A model generated the notes under the pieces. That model worked only from the letters and a program-made list of their open reading frames with translations. It did not search any database and had not been told where the DNA came from. The position numbers and the translations under genes were made by a program. From NCBI RefSeq assembly GCF_044704955.1, contig NC_091999.1, positions 23,684,001 through 23,748,000 of the forward strand: a stretch of DNA of 64,000 nt, in the 5' to 3' direction. This stretch comes from Pristiophorus japonicus (taxonomy: Eukaryota). Positions 38,836 to 52,716 of the stretch are shown here, in pieces. The first letter of the stretch is position 1. Each line of letters opens with the position of its first letter.

Positions 38836-39262
38836 TTTGTCAGTATTCGGATTTTGTCTCTGTGAGAATCTGGGCTGCAGATCCACTCTCACAGACATCG
38901 GTTTTCAATGAGCATTTTCAAACATTTGTAGTAATATTGACACAGGGGCAACTCTCTTATTCTTTTTCGAGTAATGCTCTGGGAACTTTCACATCTACCC
39001 GAGGGTGCAGACGGAGCTTCAATTTAACATTTCATCCGAAAGTCAACAGCTTCAACAATGCAAAATTGCCCAAGTACTGCATTTGAGCGTCAGCCAAGAT
39101 TATATGCTCAAGTCTCAAGAGTAGGACTGACACACACAACCTCCTGATTCAGCCGAGAATGCTGCCACTGAACCAAAGCTCACATCCGTATTACTTTCCA
39201 CAAGTCTTTTTCCAAAGTTCCAGGACATTTTGAAGCAATATTCAACATTTTGAAAAAGATCC

Positions 39263-39334
39263 ACCCTCGTCAAGGTATTGAACCCCGACCTCACGCGTGA
39301 CAGGAAGGGATACTAACTACTACACTAACGAGGA
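39263..39334 (-). pseudogene. tRNA-Asp(GTC) pseudogene, copy 1
   Basis: Reverse strand TCCTCGTTAGTGTAGTAGTTAGTATCCC..CTGTCAC..GGGGTTCAATACC; anticodon GTC kept, several stem mismatches. Confidence 0.88.
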
Positions 39335-40069
39335 ACTGACGGGCATTTGTTTTGTCAGAGCAGGAATCGAGCTGTGAACAGAACTGGACACCATGAGAAG
39401 TCGACAGGCACTTTGAGAGACAGAGAGTTCCGACAAACAGGGAGAGACAGACAGCGAGATAGAGACAACGCGAGACAGAAAGTATGAGACTGAGAAGGAG
39501 AGGCAGACTGAGTGAGAAAAAGACTCAAACACACACATATACAGAGATGTGTGTGTATGTGCTCTTTAAAGAGAGAGAGGGAAAGAGTGAGAGAAAGACA
39601 GTGATAAAGACAGTGACAAAGAGAGAGACAGAGAAAGAGTGAGCGACAGATAGAGAGATAGACAGAGATATAAACAGAAAATGATGGAAATACTCAGCAG
39701 GTTAGAGGCAGTAATTAACAGAGACAGGCAAAGAGTGAGACAGGTAGAGACATGGACAGACAGAGATGATGTGAATGAGAGCGACAGTCAGACAGAGAGA
39801 CTGAGTGAATCCCATTGGAACAGAACTGGACATCGTGAGAAAGAGACAGATACGTTGAGAGACAGGGAAACAGGGAGAGACAGACAGCGAGAAAGAGACA
39901 AAGAGAAACAGAGACTTTGAGACTGAGATGGAAGGTCAGACTGAATAACAGAAAGACTCAAACACATACATATACAGAGATGTGTTTTTGTGCTCCATAA
40001 AGAGAGGGAGGCAAATAGTGATGGAATGGCAGGCACAAAGACAGGAACAAAGAGAGAGACAATTCATAG

Positions 40070-42465
40070 AATGCATACGGGACTGTTTCTTAGAACAGTA
40101 TGTAACAGAGCCTAAAAGGGAGCAAGCCATCTTGAATCTGGTCCTGTGTAATGAGACAGGAAAAATAAACGATCTCCTCGTAAAAGATCCTCTCGGAATG
40201 AATGATCACGATATGGTTGAATTTGTAATACAGATTAAGGATGAGGAAGTTGTATCAGAAACGAGGGTACGATGCTTAAACAAAGGGGACTACAGTAGGA
40301 TGAGGGCAGAGTTGGCTAAAGTAGACTGGAAACAAGGACTAAACAGTGGCACAATTGAGGAACAGTGGAGGACATTTAAGTAGCTCTTTCATAGTGCGCA
40401 AAAAAAATATATTCCAGTGAAAAAGAGGGGAGGCAAGAGAAGTGATAACCATCCATGGATAACCAAGGAAATAAAGGAGAGTATCAAATTAAAAACCAAT
40501 GCGTATAAGGTGGCCAAGGTTAGTGGGAAACTACAAGATTCGGAAAATTTTAAACGATAGCAAAGAATGACTAAGAAAGCAATAAAGAAAGGAAAGATAG
40601 ATTACGAAAGTAACTGGCGCAAAATATAAAAACAGATAGTAAAAGCTTTTACCGATATATAAAACGGAAGAGAGTGACTAAAGTAAATGTTGGTCGCTCA
40701 GAAGATGAGAAGAGAGATTTAATAATGGGAAATGTGGAAATGGCTGAGACATTAAACAATTATTTTGTTTCCGCCTTCACAGTGGAAGACACAAAAACAA
40801 AGCCAAAATTTGCAGGCCACAGGAATGTGGGAAGGGAGGATCTAGAGACAATCACTATCACTAGGGGAGTAGTGCTGGACAGGCTAATGGGACTGACGGT
40901 AGACAAGTCCCCTGGTACTGATGAAATACATCCCAGTGTATTAAAAGAGATGGCTGAAGTTATAGCAGATGCATTCATTATAATCTACCAAGATTCTCTG
41001 GACTCTGGGGAGGTACCAGCGGATTGGAAAGCAGCTAATGTAACGCCTCTGTTTAAAAAACGGGGCAGGCAAAAGGCAGGTAACTAAAGGCCGGTTAGTT
41101 TAACATCTGTAGTGGGGAAAATGCTTGAAACTATCATTAAGGAAGAAATAGCGGGACATCTAGATAGGAATAGTGCAATCAAGCAGACGCAGCATGGATT
41201 CATGAAGGGGAAATCATGTTTAACTAAATTACTTGAATTCTTTGAGGATATAATGAGCATGGTGGATAGAGGTGTACCGATGGATGTGGTGTATTTAGAT
41301 TTCCAAATGGCATTCGATAAGGTGCTTCACAAAAGGTTACTACAGAAGATAAAGGTACGCGGAGTCAGAGGAAATATATTAGCATGGATAGAGAATTGGC
41401 TGGCGAACTGAAAGCAGAGAGTCAGGATAAATGGGTCCTTTTCGGGTTGGAAATCAGTGGTTAGTGGTGTGCCACAGGGATCAGTGCTGGGACCATAACT
41501 GTTTACAATATACATAGATGACCTAGAAGAGGGGACAGAGTGTAGTGCAACAAAATTTGCAGATGACACTAAGGTTAGTGGGAAAGCGGGGTATGTAGAG
41601 GACTCAGAGAGACTGCAAGGAGATTTGGATAGGTTAAGCGATTGTGCTCAGGTTTGGGAGATGGAATACAATGTCGGAAAGTGTGAGGTCATCCACTTTG
41701 GGAAAAAAAAACAATAAAAGGGAATATTATTTGAATGGGGAGAAATTACAACATGCTGTGGTGCAAAGGGACCTGGGGGTCCTTGTGCATGCATTCCAAA
41801 AGCGAATGGAATATTGGCCTTCATTGCGAAAGGGATGGAGTACAAAAGCAGGGAGGTCTTGCTGCAACTGTATAAGGTATTGGTAAGGCCGCACCTGAGT
41901 ACTGCGTGCTGTTTTGGTCACCTTACTTAAGGAAGGATATACTAGCTTTGGAAGGGGTACAGAGACGATTCACTAGGCTGATTCCAGAAATGAGGGGGTT
42001 ACCTTATGATGATAGATTGAGTCGACTGGGTCCTTACTCCTTGGAGTACAGACGGATGAGGGATGATCTTATAGAAACATTTAAAATCATGAAAGGGATA
42101 GACAATATAGAGGCAGAGAGATTGTTTCCACTGGTCGGGGTGACTAGAACTAGGGGGCACAGCCACAAAATACGGAGGAGTCAATTTAAAACCGAGTTGA
42201 GAAAAAATTTCTACTCCCAGAGGTTTGTGTATCTGTGAAATTCTCTGCCAAGGAAGCAGTTGAGGCTAGCTCATTGAATGTTTTCAAGTCAAAGATAGAT
42301 AGATTTTTAATCAATAAGGGAATTAAGGATTACGGGGAGAGGGCGGGTAAGTGGAGCTGAGTTCACGACCAGATCAGCCATGATCTTATTGAATGGCGGG
42401 GCAGGCTCGAGGGGTTAGATGGCCTACTCCTGTTCCTAACTCTTTTGTTCTTATGTTTTTATGTT
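40070..42465 (+). mobile_element. 5'-truncated CR1 LINE inserted in a GA-rich spacer
   Basis: FIECIRDCFLEQYV, KSPGTDEIHP, VYLDFQMAFDKV; 3' tail TTATGTTTTTATGTTC. Confidence 0.93.
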
Positions 42466-42519
42466 CAAAGGGGGAGACAGATAGAGAGAAAGACAGATAT
42501 AGAGAGAGATAGAGACAAT

Positions 42520-44482
42520 AATTCGGTTCTGTCTTTACAAAGGAAGATACAAAAAACCTTCAAAATGTACTCGGGGCCTGTGAGTCCAGTGAGAATGAGG
42601 AACTGAATGATATCCTTATTGGCGGGAAATTGTGTTCGGGAAATTGATGGGAATAAAGGCCGATAAATCCCTGGGTCCTGATAGTCTGCATCCCAGAGTA
42701 CTTAAGGAAGTGGCCCTAGAAATAGTGGATGCATTGGTGATCATTTTCCAACAATCTATCGACTCTGTATCAATTCCTATTGACTGGAGGGTAGCTAATG
42801 TGATGGCACTTTTTTTTTAAAAGGAGGGAGAGAGAAAGCGGGTAATTATAGACCAGTTAGCCTGACATCAGTAGTGGGGAAAATGTTGGAATCAATCATT
42901 AAGGATGATATAGCAGCCCATTTGGAAAGCACTGACAGGATCGGACCGAGTCAGCATAGATTTATGAAAGGGAAATCATGCTTGTGGAATCTTCTGGAAT
43001 TTTTTGAGGATGTAACTAGTAGAGTGGACAAGAGAGAACCAGTCGATGTGGTGTATTGGGATTTCAATAGGCTTTTGACAAGGTCCCGCACAAGAGATTG
43101 GTGCACAAAATCCAAGCGCATGATATTGGGATTAATGTACTGACCTGGATAGAGAACTGGTTGGCAGACAGGAAGCAGAGAATCTGGATAAACAGGTCAT
43201 TTTCAGAAATGCTGGCAGTTACTAGTGAGGTGCCGCAGGGCTCAGTGCTGGGACCCCAACTCTTTACAATATACATTAACGATTTGGTTGAAGGAATAGA
43301 GTGTAATATCTCCAAGTTTGTGGATGACACTAAACTGGGTGGTGGTCCGAGCTGTGAGGAGGATGCTAAGAGGCTGCAGGGTGACTTGGACACGTTAGGT
43401 GAGTGGGCAAATATATGGCAGATGCAGTATAATGTGGATAAATGTGAGATTATCCATTTTGGGGGCAAAAACACGAAGGCAGAATATTATCTGAATGGCG
43501 GCAGACTAGAAAAAGGGGAGGTGCAACGAGACCTGGGTGTCATGGTTCATCAGTCACTGAAAGTGGGCACGCAGGTACAGAAGGTGGTAAAGAATGCAAA
43601 TGGAAAGCTGGCTTTCATAGCTAGGGGATTTGAATAAAGGAGCAGGGAGACCTTACTGCAGTTGTACAAGGCCTTAGTGAGGCCAGACCTGCTATATTGT
43701 ATTCAGTTTTGTTCTCATAGTCTGAGGAAGGACGTTCTTGCTATTGAGGGAGTGCAGCAAACCAGTTGCCAAACAGTTCTCTATTCACATCAGTACATTA
43801 ATCCCAATACCATGCACTTGGACTTTGTGCACCAATCTCTTGTGCGGGACCTTGTCAAAAGCCTATTGAAAGTCCAAATACACCACATCCACTGGTTCTC
43901 CCTTGTCCACTCTACTCGTTACATCCTCAAAAAATTCCAGAAGATTCATCAAGCATGATTTCCCTTTCATAAATTCATGCTGACTCGGTCCGATATTGTC
44001 AACAGACTGATTCCAGGGATGGCAGGACTGTCATATGAGGAGTGATTCGATCAACTGTGCCTTTATTCACTGGCGTTTAGAATGATGAGAGGTGATCTCA
44101 TAGAAATATATAAGATTTTGACGGGCCTGTACAGGTTAGATGCGGGAAGAAAGTTCTCGATGTTCGGGAAGTCCAGAACTAGGGGACATAGTCTTAGGAT
44201 AAGGGGTAGGCCATTTGGCACTGAGATGAGGAGAAACTTCTTCACTCAGAGAGTTGTTGACCTGTGGAATTCCCTGCCGCAGAGAGTTGTTGATGCCAGT
44301 TCATTGGATATATTCAAGAGGGAGTTAGATATGGCCCTTACGGATAAGGGGTGAAGGGGTATGGAGAGAAAGCAGGAAAGGGGAACTGAAGGAATGGTCA
44401 GCCATGAACATATTGAATGGCGGCGCAGGCTCGAGGGGCCTAATGGCCTAATCCTGCAGCTATTTTCTATGTTTCTATGTTT
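42520..44482 (+). mobile_element. 5'-truncated CR1 LINE with an internal inverted duplication
   Basis: VPQGSVLGP, KFVDDTKLGG; tail TTTCTATGTTTCTATG; 43766-44001 is inverted. Confidence 0.93.
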
Positions 44483-44902
44483 CTAAAACTGAAAATGATG
44501 AAAATACTCATCAGGTTAGAGACAGGTACAAAGTGAGGCAGGCAAAGACATGGGCAGAGATGATGGGAAAGAGAGAGACAGTCAGACATAGAATCTGAGA
44601 GAATCCTATTGGAACAGACGTGGGCACCGTGAGATAGAGACAGATTGAGAGACAGAGACAAACAGAAAAACAGGCACAAACAGAGTGAGTCAGGGAGAGG
44701 CAGACTCAGACTCAAGCACACAAACACATGCACAGTTCTCTAAAGACAGAAAGGCAGAGACTGAGATACACAGATACATTTCACAATTTCATTTCATTTT
44801 CGGCTCAGAATGTCACAGAGCAACAGAAAATTGTTGATTCTGCAGATGAAACTCAGGTATCACTGATCAGCATGGGGCAAAATCAGTGATAAATTAAAGA
44901 GA

Positions 44903-44984
44903 TTCGAGGAGTGGGGACCGAACTCTCGTGGGAAAATCCCATTGAATTTTAAGGCCAACGCCTTAACCACTCGGCCACCCTGGT
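44903..44984 (-). pseudogene. tRNA-Leu(TAA) pseudogene, copy 2
   Basis: A box GGCCGAGTGG intact, TAA anticodon; T loop and acceptor stem mutated. Confidence 0.88.
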
Positions 44985-45737
44985 CCTGCCAGTGTTTCGA
45001 TTCTGTTCTGTGAGAATCTGGGCTTCAACTCCACCCCAAGACACACAAACACATCGGGTTTCAGTGAGCATTTAGGAACATTTTTCGTAATATTGACACG
45101 GGGGCAACTCTCCTATTCTTTTTCGAGTAATGCTGTGGTCCACCCGAGGGTGCAGACGGAGCTTTAATTTAAAATATCTTCCGAAAGTCAACAGCTTCAA
45201 CAATGCAAAATTCCCCAAGTACTGCACTTAAGTGTCTGCCAAGATTATCTGCTCAAGTCTCAGGAGTGGGACTGAAACACACAAACTCCTGATTCAGTCG
45301 AGAATACCGCCACTGAACCAAAGCCGATATCAAAGTTCACAACCCTATTATTTTCATCAAATCTTTTTAAGAAGTTCCATGACATACCAAATTCATGGTG
45401 ATGATTTATACAGACAGTTGCACATACACAGATATATATATATATATATACAGATAGACAGACACAGACACACACACACATAAGCAAAAATATACTCGCA
45501 ACAACGGACAAGGACAGATGTCTTAGACATCGAGAGGGATAGCCAGGCTGAATCACTGTCGCAACTTTGGCTGATTTTTGCGTTTTTCTATACGAAAGTA
45601 TCGTGAATATTGCAGTTTAATAAAATGATTTAAAAAATGACAGTTTTGAAAGGTGTGGGACGTTATTCCATCTATCTCAGGATGAGTTTTGCAGAGACCT
45701 GGTTAAATTGTGAAATGGAATGAAAAATGCTGAGAAT

Positions 45738-45819
45738 CGTAGTCGGCAGGTTTCGACCTTCAGCGGAAAAATACGATGGATTTTCTAGTTTATCGCTGTA
45801 ACCTCTTGGCCACGACTAC
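45738..45819 (-). pseudogene. tRNA-Ser(AGA) pseudogene, copy 1
   Basis: Plus strand CGTAGTCGGCAGG...TTCTAG...GGCCACGACTAC is the reverse complement of Ser(AGA); internal mutations; T5 terminator just downstream. Confidence 0.88.
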
Positions 45820-46006
45820 TGACTCATTAGTTCTTTAACTGTTACTCAGATAAAACTCAATCATCCACCTCTCTGCAGCAGATGACACAGAATTCTGAAA
45901 AAATCTCCTCTTCCAACATTTTTACTATTCTGCATTGCACTGGAACTTTTTAACATGAATCTATACCAAGAAACAGAAGTAAAATCCTACATTTTGAAAA
46001 AGCTTC

Positions 46007-46077
46007 CTGTCCGTTGGAGAATTGAAACCCTGTCTTCTGCATAACAGGCCCGGATACTAACACTATACCAACGAATG
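46007..46077 (-). pseudogene. tRNA-Asp-derived pseudogene, copy 2
   Basis: Same position in the unit, with residual CCGTTGGAGAATTGAA..ACAGGC..GGATACT..CACTATAC. Confidence 0.75.
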
Positions 46078-46820
46078 TGGGTTTAGTCAAAGCAGGAGTC
46101 GAACTGTGAAGAGAATTGGACTCCATGAGAAGTAGCGAGACACATTGAGAGACAGAGACAAACCGACAAACAGGGAGAGACAGACAGCGAGATAGAGACA
46201 ACGAGAGACAGAAAGTGTGAGACTCAGAAGGAGAGGCAGACGCAGTGAGAAAAAATCTCAAGCACATACATATACAGAGATATGTGTGTGCTCTATAAAG
46301 AGAGAGAGGGAAAGCGTGAGACAAAGACAGTGTTAATGACAGTGACAAGGACAGAGACAGATAGAGAGAGAGCGACAGATAGAGAGAGAGACAAAGATAT
46401 AAACAGACAATGATGGAAATACTCAGCAGGTTAGAGACAGGAACTAACAACCTCAGGCAAAGAGATACAGACAGGCAGAGGCATAGACAGACAGAGATGA
46501 TGGAAAAGAGAGAGACAGTCAGACAGAGAGATTGAGAGAATCCCATTCGAACAGAACTGGACACCATGAGAAAGAGACAGACATATTGAGAGACAGAGAC
46601 AAACAGGGAAACAGGGAGAGACAGACAGCGAGATAGAGACAGAGATAGACAGAAAGTTTTAGACTGAGAGGGAGGGTCAGACTGAGTGAGACAAAGACTC
46701 AAATACTTACATACACAGAGATGTGTTTGCGTGCTCCATAAAGAGAGGGAGGCAAATAGTGATGGAATGACAAGAAAAAGACAGAGACAAAGAGGGAGAC
46801 AGATATAGAGAAAGACAGAT

Positions 46821-46855
<35 letters not shown>

Positions 46856-47181
46856 TAGAAATAAAAACAGAAAATGATGGAATGACTCATCAGGTGAGAG
46901 TCAGGGACCAACACAGACAGGTAAAGAGAGAGACGGTCAGACAGAGAGTCTGAGAGAATCCCTTTGGAACAGAATTGGACACAGTGAGAACGAGACAGAG
47001 GCAGACTTCGAGCGACAAAGACTCAAACACATACACAGCTTTCGAAAGAGAGAGGTGGAGACTGAGCGACGCAGATACATTTCATTATCTGCTCAGAGTG
47101 TCACCGAAACATGCACATGCTACAGAGGTAAATCGGGTATCATGAGCAGCATGGGAAATAATCTCTGTTTAATTAAACAAT

Positions 47182-47264
47182 TACCAGTTGCGGGGTTCGA
47201 ACCCACACAGTTATAAATCCATTGGATTTTAAGTCCAACACCTTAACCACTCGGCCATCCTGGG
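47182..47264 (-). pseudogene. tRNA-Leu(TAA) pseudogene, copy 3
   Basis: A and B boxes and anticodon arm intact (TTGGA CTTAAAA TCCAA); acceptor stem mispaired. Confidence 0.88.
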
Positions 47265-47780
47265 CCTGGAAGAAACAGGCTTTGTCTCTGTCAGAATTTG
47301 GGCTTCAACTCCACCCCCACAGACACACACATACACAGAGGGTGTAAGGGAGCATTTTCGAACATTTTTCGTGATACTGAAACGGGGCAACTCTCCTATT
47401 CTTTTTCGAGTAATGCTCTGGACCTTTCACAGCCATCCGAGAGTGCAGGCGGAGCTTCAATTTTACATTTCATCCGATGGTCAACAGCTTCAACAATGCA
47501 AAATTCCCTAAGTACTGCATTTGACTGTCAGCCAAGATGATGCGCTCAAGTCTCAGGAGAGGGACTTACACACACGACCTTTTGAATGGAGCCACTGAAA
47601 CAAAGCCGATACCAAAGATCAGAACCGTATTATTTTCCCCAAGTTTTTTTAAATGTTCCAGGACATACCAAATTCTTGGTGATGATTTCCATAGAGAGTT
47701 GCACATACACAGAGACATAGATACAGATAGACATACACAGACACACACACACATAAAATAACCAAAAATATACACGCATT

Positions 47781-48488
47781 AACATAGAATCATAGAAACA
47801 TATAAATTAGTTGCAGGAGTAAGCCGTTGGCCCTTCGAGCCTGCACCACCATTCAATAAGATCATGGCTGATCTTTCAACCTCAGTACCTATATCCTCCT
47901 TTCTCTCCATATCCCTTGATCCCTTGAGCCGAAAGGGCCATATCTGACTCACTCTTCAATATATCTAACGAACTGGCTTCAACAACTTTCTGCGGTAGAG
48001 AATTCCACAGGTTAACCACTCTCTGAATGAAGCTGTTTCTCCTCATCTTGGTTCTAAATGGCTTACCGCTTATTCTTAGACTGTGACCCCTTGTTCTCGA
48101 ACTCCCCAGCAACAGAAACATTCTTCCGGCCTCTCACTTGTCCAATCTCGTCAGAATTTTATATGTTTCTATGAGATCCCCTCTCATTCTTCTAAACTCC
48201 AGTGGATACCAGCAGAGTTGATCCAGTCTATCCTAATATGTCAGTCCTGCCATCCCTGGAATCAAGCTGGTGAACATTCGCAGCGCTCCATTAATAGCAA
48301 GGACGTCCTTCCTCAGATTTGGAGACCAAAACTAACAAAATATTTAACGTGTACAACTGCAGGAAGACTTCCCTGCTCCTATATTCAAATCCCCAAGCTA
48401 TGAAGGCGAACATGCCATTTGCCTTCTTCACCGCCTGTTGCACTTGCATGCCCACTTTCAATGACAGATGTAGCATGACACCAAGATC
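47781..48488 (-). mobile_element. CR1 3' fragment carried inside the repeat unit (orthologous copies at 51107-51826 and 54520-55225)
   Basis: Same insertion point and same 5' truncation in three consecutive units. Confidence 0.9.
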
Positions 48489-49015
48489 AAGATATACACA
48501 GAGTGCCTTAGACAAATAGACGGATAGACAGGCAGGGTCACTGTCGGTACTTTGGCTGGCCTTTGCGTTTTTCCGTCGAGAATGCTGCCACTGAATCAGA
48601 GCTGATACAAAAGTTCACAAACGTATTATTTTCTCCAAGTCTTTTGAACAAGTTTCAGGACATACCAAATTCATGGTGATGATTTCCACAGACAGTTGCA
48701 CATACACAGATACATATATACAGATAGACAGACACAGACACAAACACACACACACACACACACATAACCAAAAATATACATGCACCAACTGACATGCACA
48801 GATGCCTTAGACATATCGAAGGATAGACAGGCTGAGTCACTACATTGGGTGATATTTGCATTTTTCTATCCGTATGTATCGTGAATATTGCAGACTAATA
48901 GAAATGTGAAAAAAATGTCAATGTTGAAAGGTGTGGGACGTTATTCCATCCATCTCCGGATCATTTTTGCCAAAACCTGGTTAAATTGTAAAATGGAATG
49001 AAGAATGCTGAGAAT

Positions 49016-49097
49016 CGTAGTCGGCAGGATTCTAACCTACGCGCAGAAAACCCAAACTATTTCTAGTCCATCGCTTTAACCACTCGGCCACAATTAC
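49016..49097 (-). pseudogene. tRNA-Ser(AGA) pseudogene, copy 2
   Basis: CGTAGTCGGCAGGATTCTAACC...TTTCTAGTCCATCGCTTTAACCACTCGGCCAC on plus strand; T loop and anticodon stem mutated. Confidence 0.9.
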
Positions 49098-49313
49098 TGC
49101 GTCTCTGGCACTTTAAATGTTACTCAGAAAAAACTCAGTCGTCCATCTCTGTGCAGCAGACGGCCACAGAATCCTGAAATGTCTCCGTTTGCAAAAAATC
49201 TGAAGAGGCAATCTCCTCTTGCTGTGTTTTTACTGTTCTATATTGCTCTGGATCTTTTTAATAAAATCTGTACCAAAAAACAGAAGTAAAATTCGACATT
49301 TTGAAAAAACTGC

Positions 49314-49385
49314 TGCGCCGTCGGGAAATGGAACCCGGTTCTCCAGCATAACAAGCGGGGAAAATCACCACTATACGGACGAGGA
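49314..49385 (-). pseudogene. tRNA-Asp-derived pseudogene, copy 3
   Basis: CCGTCGGGAAATGGAACCCGG...CACCACTATACGGACGAGGA; anticodon mutated. Confidence 0.85.
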
Positions 49386-50523
49386 TATGGGTTGCGTTAG
49401 AGCAGTAATCGAGCTGTCAACAGAAGTCGACAGACACATTGATCGACAGAGACAAACCGGCAAACAGAGATCGACAGACAGCGAGAGAGAGAGACAACGC
49501 GAGACAGAAAGGGTGAGACTGAAAAGTGAGGCAGACTCAGTGAGAAAAAGACTCAAACACCTACATATACAGAGATGTGTGTGTGATCTATAAAGAGAGA
49601 GAGGGAAAGAGTGAGAGAAAGACAGTGACAAGGAGAGAGACAGATAGAGAGAGAGCGACAGATAGAGAGAGAGACAGATATAAACAGAAAATGATGGAAA
49701 TACTCAGCAGGTTAGAGGTAGCAACGACCAGCGACAGGCAAAGAGAGACAGATAGGCAGAAACATAGACAGACAGAGATGATGGGAAAGAGTGAGACAGT
49801 CAGACAGAGAGACTGAGTGAATCCCTTTCGAACAGAACTGGACACCGTGAGAAAGAGACAGACAGATTCAGAACCAGAGACAAACAGGGAAACAGGGAGA
49901 GACAGACAGCGAGATAGAGACAAAGAGAGACAGAAAGTTTGAGACTGAAAGGGAGGATCAGACTGAATGAGAAAAAGACTCAAACACATACATACACAGA
50001 GATGTATTTGCGTGCTCCAAAAAGAGAGGGGGGGCAAATAGTGATGGAATGACAGAGAAAATGACAGGGACAATGAGAGTGAAAAAGAGGGCGACAGATA
50101 GAGAGAAAGACAGACAGAGAGAGAGAGACATAGAGAGAAACACAGAAAATAATGGAAATACTTATCAGGTTAGAGACAGGGACTAACAGAGACAGGCAAA
50201 GACATGGACAGACAGAGATAATGGGACACAGAGAGACAGTCAGACAGAGAGTCTGAGAGAATCCCATTGCAACAGTACTAGATACCGTGAGAAAGAGACA
50301 GATTGAGAGACAGCGACAGACAGAGTGGGTCAGAGAGAGACAAAGACTCAAACACACAAACACATGCACAGCTCTCGAAAGAGAGAGAGCGGCAGAGACA
50401 TTTCACAATTTCATTTCATTATCTGCTCAGAGTGTCACATAGTTACAGAAAACTAGAGATTCAGCAGATGAAAATTGGGAATCACTGAGCAGGATGAGAA
50501 AAATATCTGTTTAATTAAGGAAT

Positions 50524-50590
50524 TACCAGGAGTGGGGTTCGAACACATTAGATTTTAAGTCTAACGCCTTTACCACTCGGCCATCCTGGT
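50524..50590 (-). pseudogene. tRNA-Leu(TAA) pseudogene, copy 4 (variable arm and part of T stem deleted)
   Basis: Intact ends with an internal deletion of ~16 nt. Confidence 0.88.
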
Positions 50591-52346
50591 CCTAATCCTG
50601 TCAGAGGTTGGACTCAGCCTCTGTGAGAATCTGGGATTCAGCTCCAGACATATCGGATTTCAGGGAGCATTTACAAACATTTTTCGTTACATTGACACGG
50701 GCGCAACTCTCCTATTATTTTTCGACGAAGGCTCTGGGAACTTGCACATCTACCCGAGGGTGCAGATGGAGCTTCAATTGAAAATTTCAGCCGATGGTCA
50801 ACAGCTTCAACAATGCAACATTCCCCAAGTACTGCATTTGAGTGTCAGCCAAGATTATGGGTTCAAGTCTCAGGAGTGGGACTTCCACACAAAACCTCCT
50901 GATTCAGTCGAGAGTGGAACCACTGAACCAAAACCGATACCAACGTTCACAACTGTATTATTTTCCCCAAGTTTTTTAAAAAGTTCCGGGACGTACCAAA
51001 TTCATGGTGATGATTTCCACAGACAGTTGCATATACACAGAGACATACATACAGATAGACATGCACAGACACACGCACACACAATAACCAAAAATATACA
51101 CGCTTCAACATAGAAACATAGAAATTAGGTGCAGGAATATGCCATTCGGCCCTTCGAGCCTGCACTACCATTCAATAACATCATGGCTGATCATTCAACC
51201 TCAGTACCCTTTTCCTGCTTCCCCTCTATACCCCTTCATCCCTTTAGCCGTAAGGGCAATACCTAACTCCCTTTTGAATATATCTAATGAACTGGCCTCA
51301 ACGACTTTCTGCAGTGGAAAATTTCAGAGGTTATCCACTCTCTCACTGAAGACGTTTCTCTTCATCTCGGTTTCTAAATGGCTTACCCCTTACTCTTAGA
51401 CTGTGATCCTTGGTCTCGAACTCCCCAGCAGCGAGAACATTCTTCCAGCCTCTAAGCTGTCCAATCTCGTCATAATTTTTCATGTTTCTTCTGATCTCCT
51501 CTCATTCTGCTAAACTCCTGTGGATACCAGCCCAGTTCATCCAGTCTCTCCTCATATGTCAGTCCTGCCATCCCGGGAATCATGCTGGTGAACTTACGCT
51601 GTACTCCCTCAATAACAAGGACGTCCTTCCTCAGATTCGGAGACCAAAACTGAACACAGTATTCCAGTTGTGGCCTCACGGAGGCCCTGTACAAATGCAG
51701 TAAGATCTCCCTGCTCCTATACTCAAATCCCCTAGCTATGAAGGGGAACATGCCATTTGCCTTCTTCACCATCTGCTGCACCTGCATACCAACAATCAAT
51801 GACTGATGTACCATGGCACCCAGATCAAGATATACAAAGATTGCCTTCGACAAGTAGATGGATAGACAGGCAGGCTCACTGTCGCAACTTTGGCTGTCTT
51901 TTGCGTTTTTCAGTCGAGGATACTGCCACTGAACCAAAGACGATACCAAAGTTCACAACCGTATTATTTTCCCCAAGTCTTTTTAAAAATGTTCCAGCAC
52001 TTACCAAATTCATGGTGATGATTTCCACAGACAGTTGCACATACACAGAGACATATATACAGATAGAAAGACTCAGAGACACACACACCCACACACATAA
52101 CCAAACATATACATGCACCAACAGACATGATTTTGACATATAGACGGATAGACAGACTAAATCACTGTCGCTACTTTGGTTAATTTTTGCGTTTTTCTAT
52201 CCGTATGAATCATGAATATTGCAGATGAATAAAAATGAGAAATAGATGTCAGTGTTGAAATGTGTGGGACGCTATTCTGCCGATCTCAGGATCCGTTTTG
52301 CAAAAACCTGGTTAAATTGTAAAATGGAATGAAAAATGCTGTGAAT

Positions 52347-52428
52347 TGTACTCGGCAGGATTCGAAACTACACGCAGAAAACCGAAAGGATTTCTGGACC
52401 ATCGCTTTAACCACTCGGCAACAACTAC
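52347..52428 (-). pseudogene. tRNA-Ser pseudogene, copy 3
   Basis: TCGGCAGGATTCGAA...CATCGCTTTAACCACTCGGC; several stem mismatches. Confidence 0.85.
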
Positions 52429-52644
52429 TGCTTCTCTGGCCCTTTAAATGTTACTCAGAAAAAACTCAGTCATCCATCTCTGCAACAGACGGCCACAGAA
52501 TCCTGAAAAAGTCTCCGTTTGCAAAAGATCTGTAAGAGGCAATCTCCTCTTGCTGTATTTTTACTGTTCTATATTGCTGTGGAACTTTTTAATAAAATCT
52601 ATACCAAGAAACAGAAGTAAAATTCGACATTTAGAAAAAGCTGC

Positions 52645-52716
52645 TTTTCCGTCGGGGAATTGAACCTGGTTCTCCCGCGGAAAAGGGGGGCATAATCGGC
52701 ACGACACGGACGAGAG
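52645..52716 (-). pseudogene. tRNA-Asp-derived pseudogene, copy 4
   Basis: CCGTCGGGGAATTGAACC..TCTCCCGCG retained; tRNA 5' half degenerate. Confidence 0.75.
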
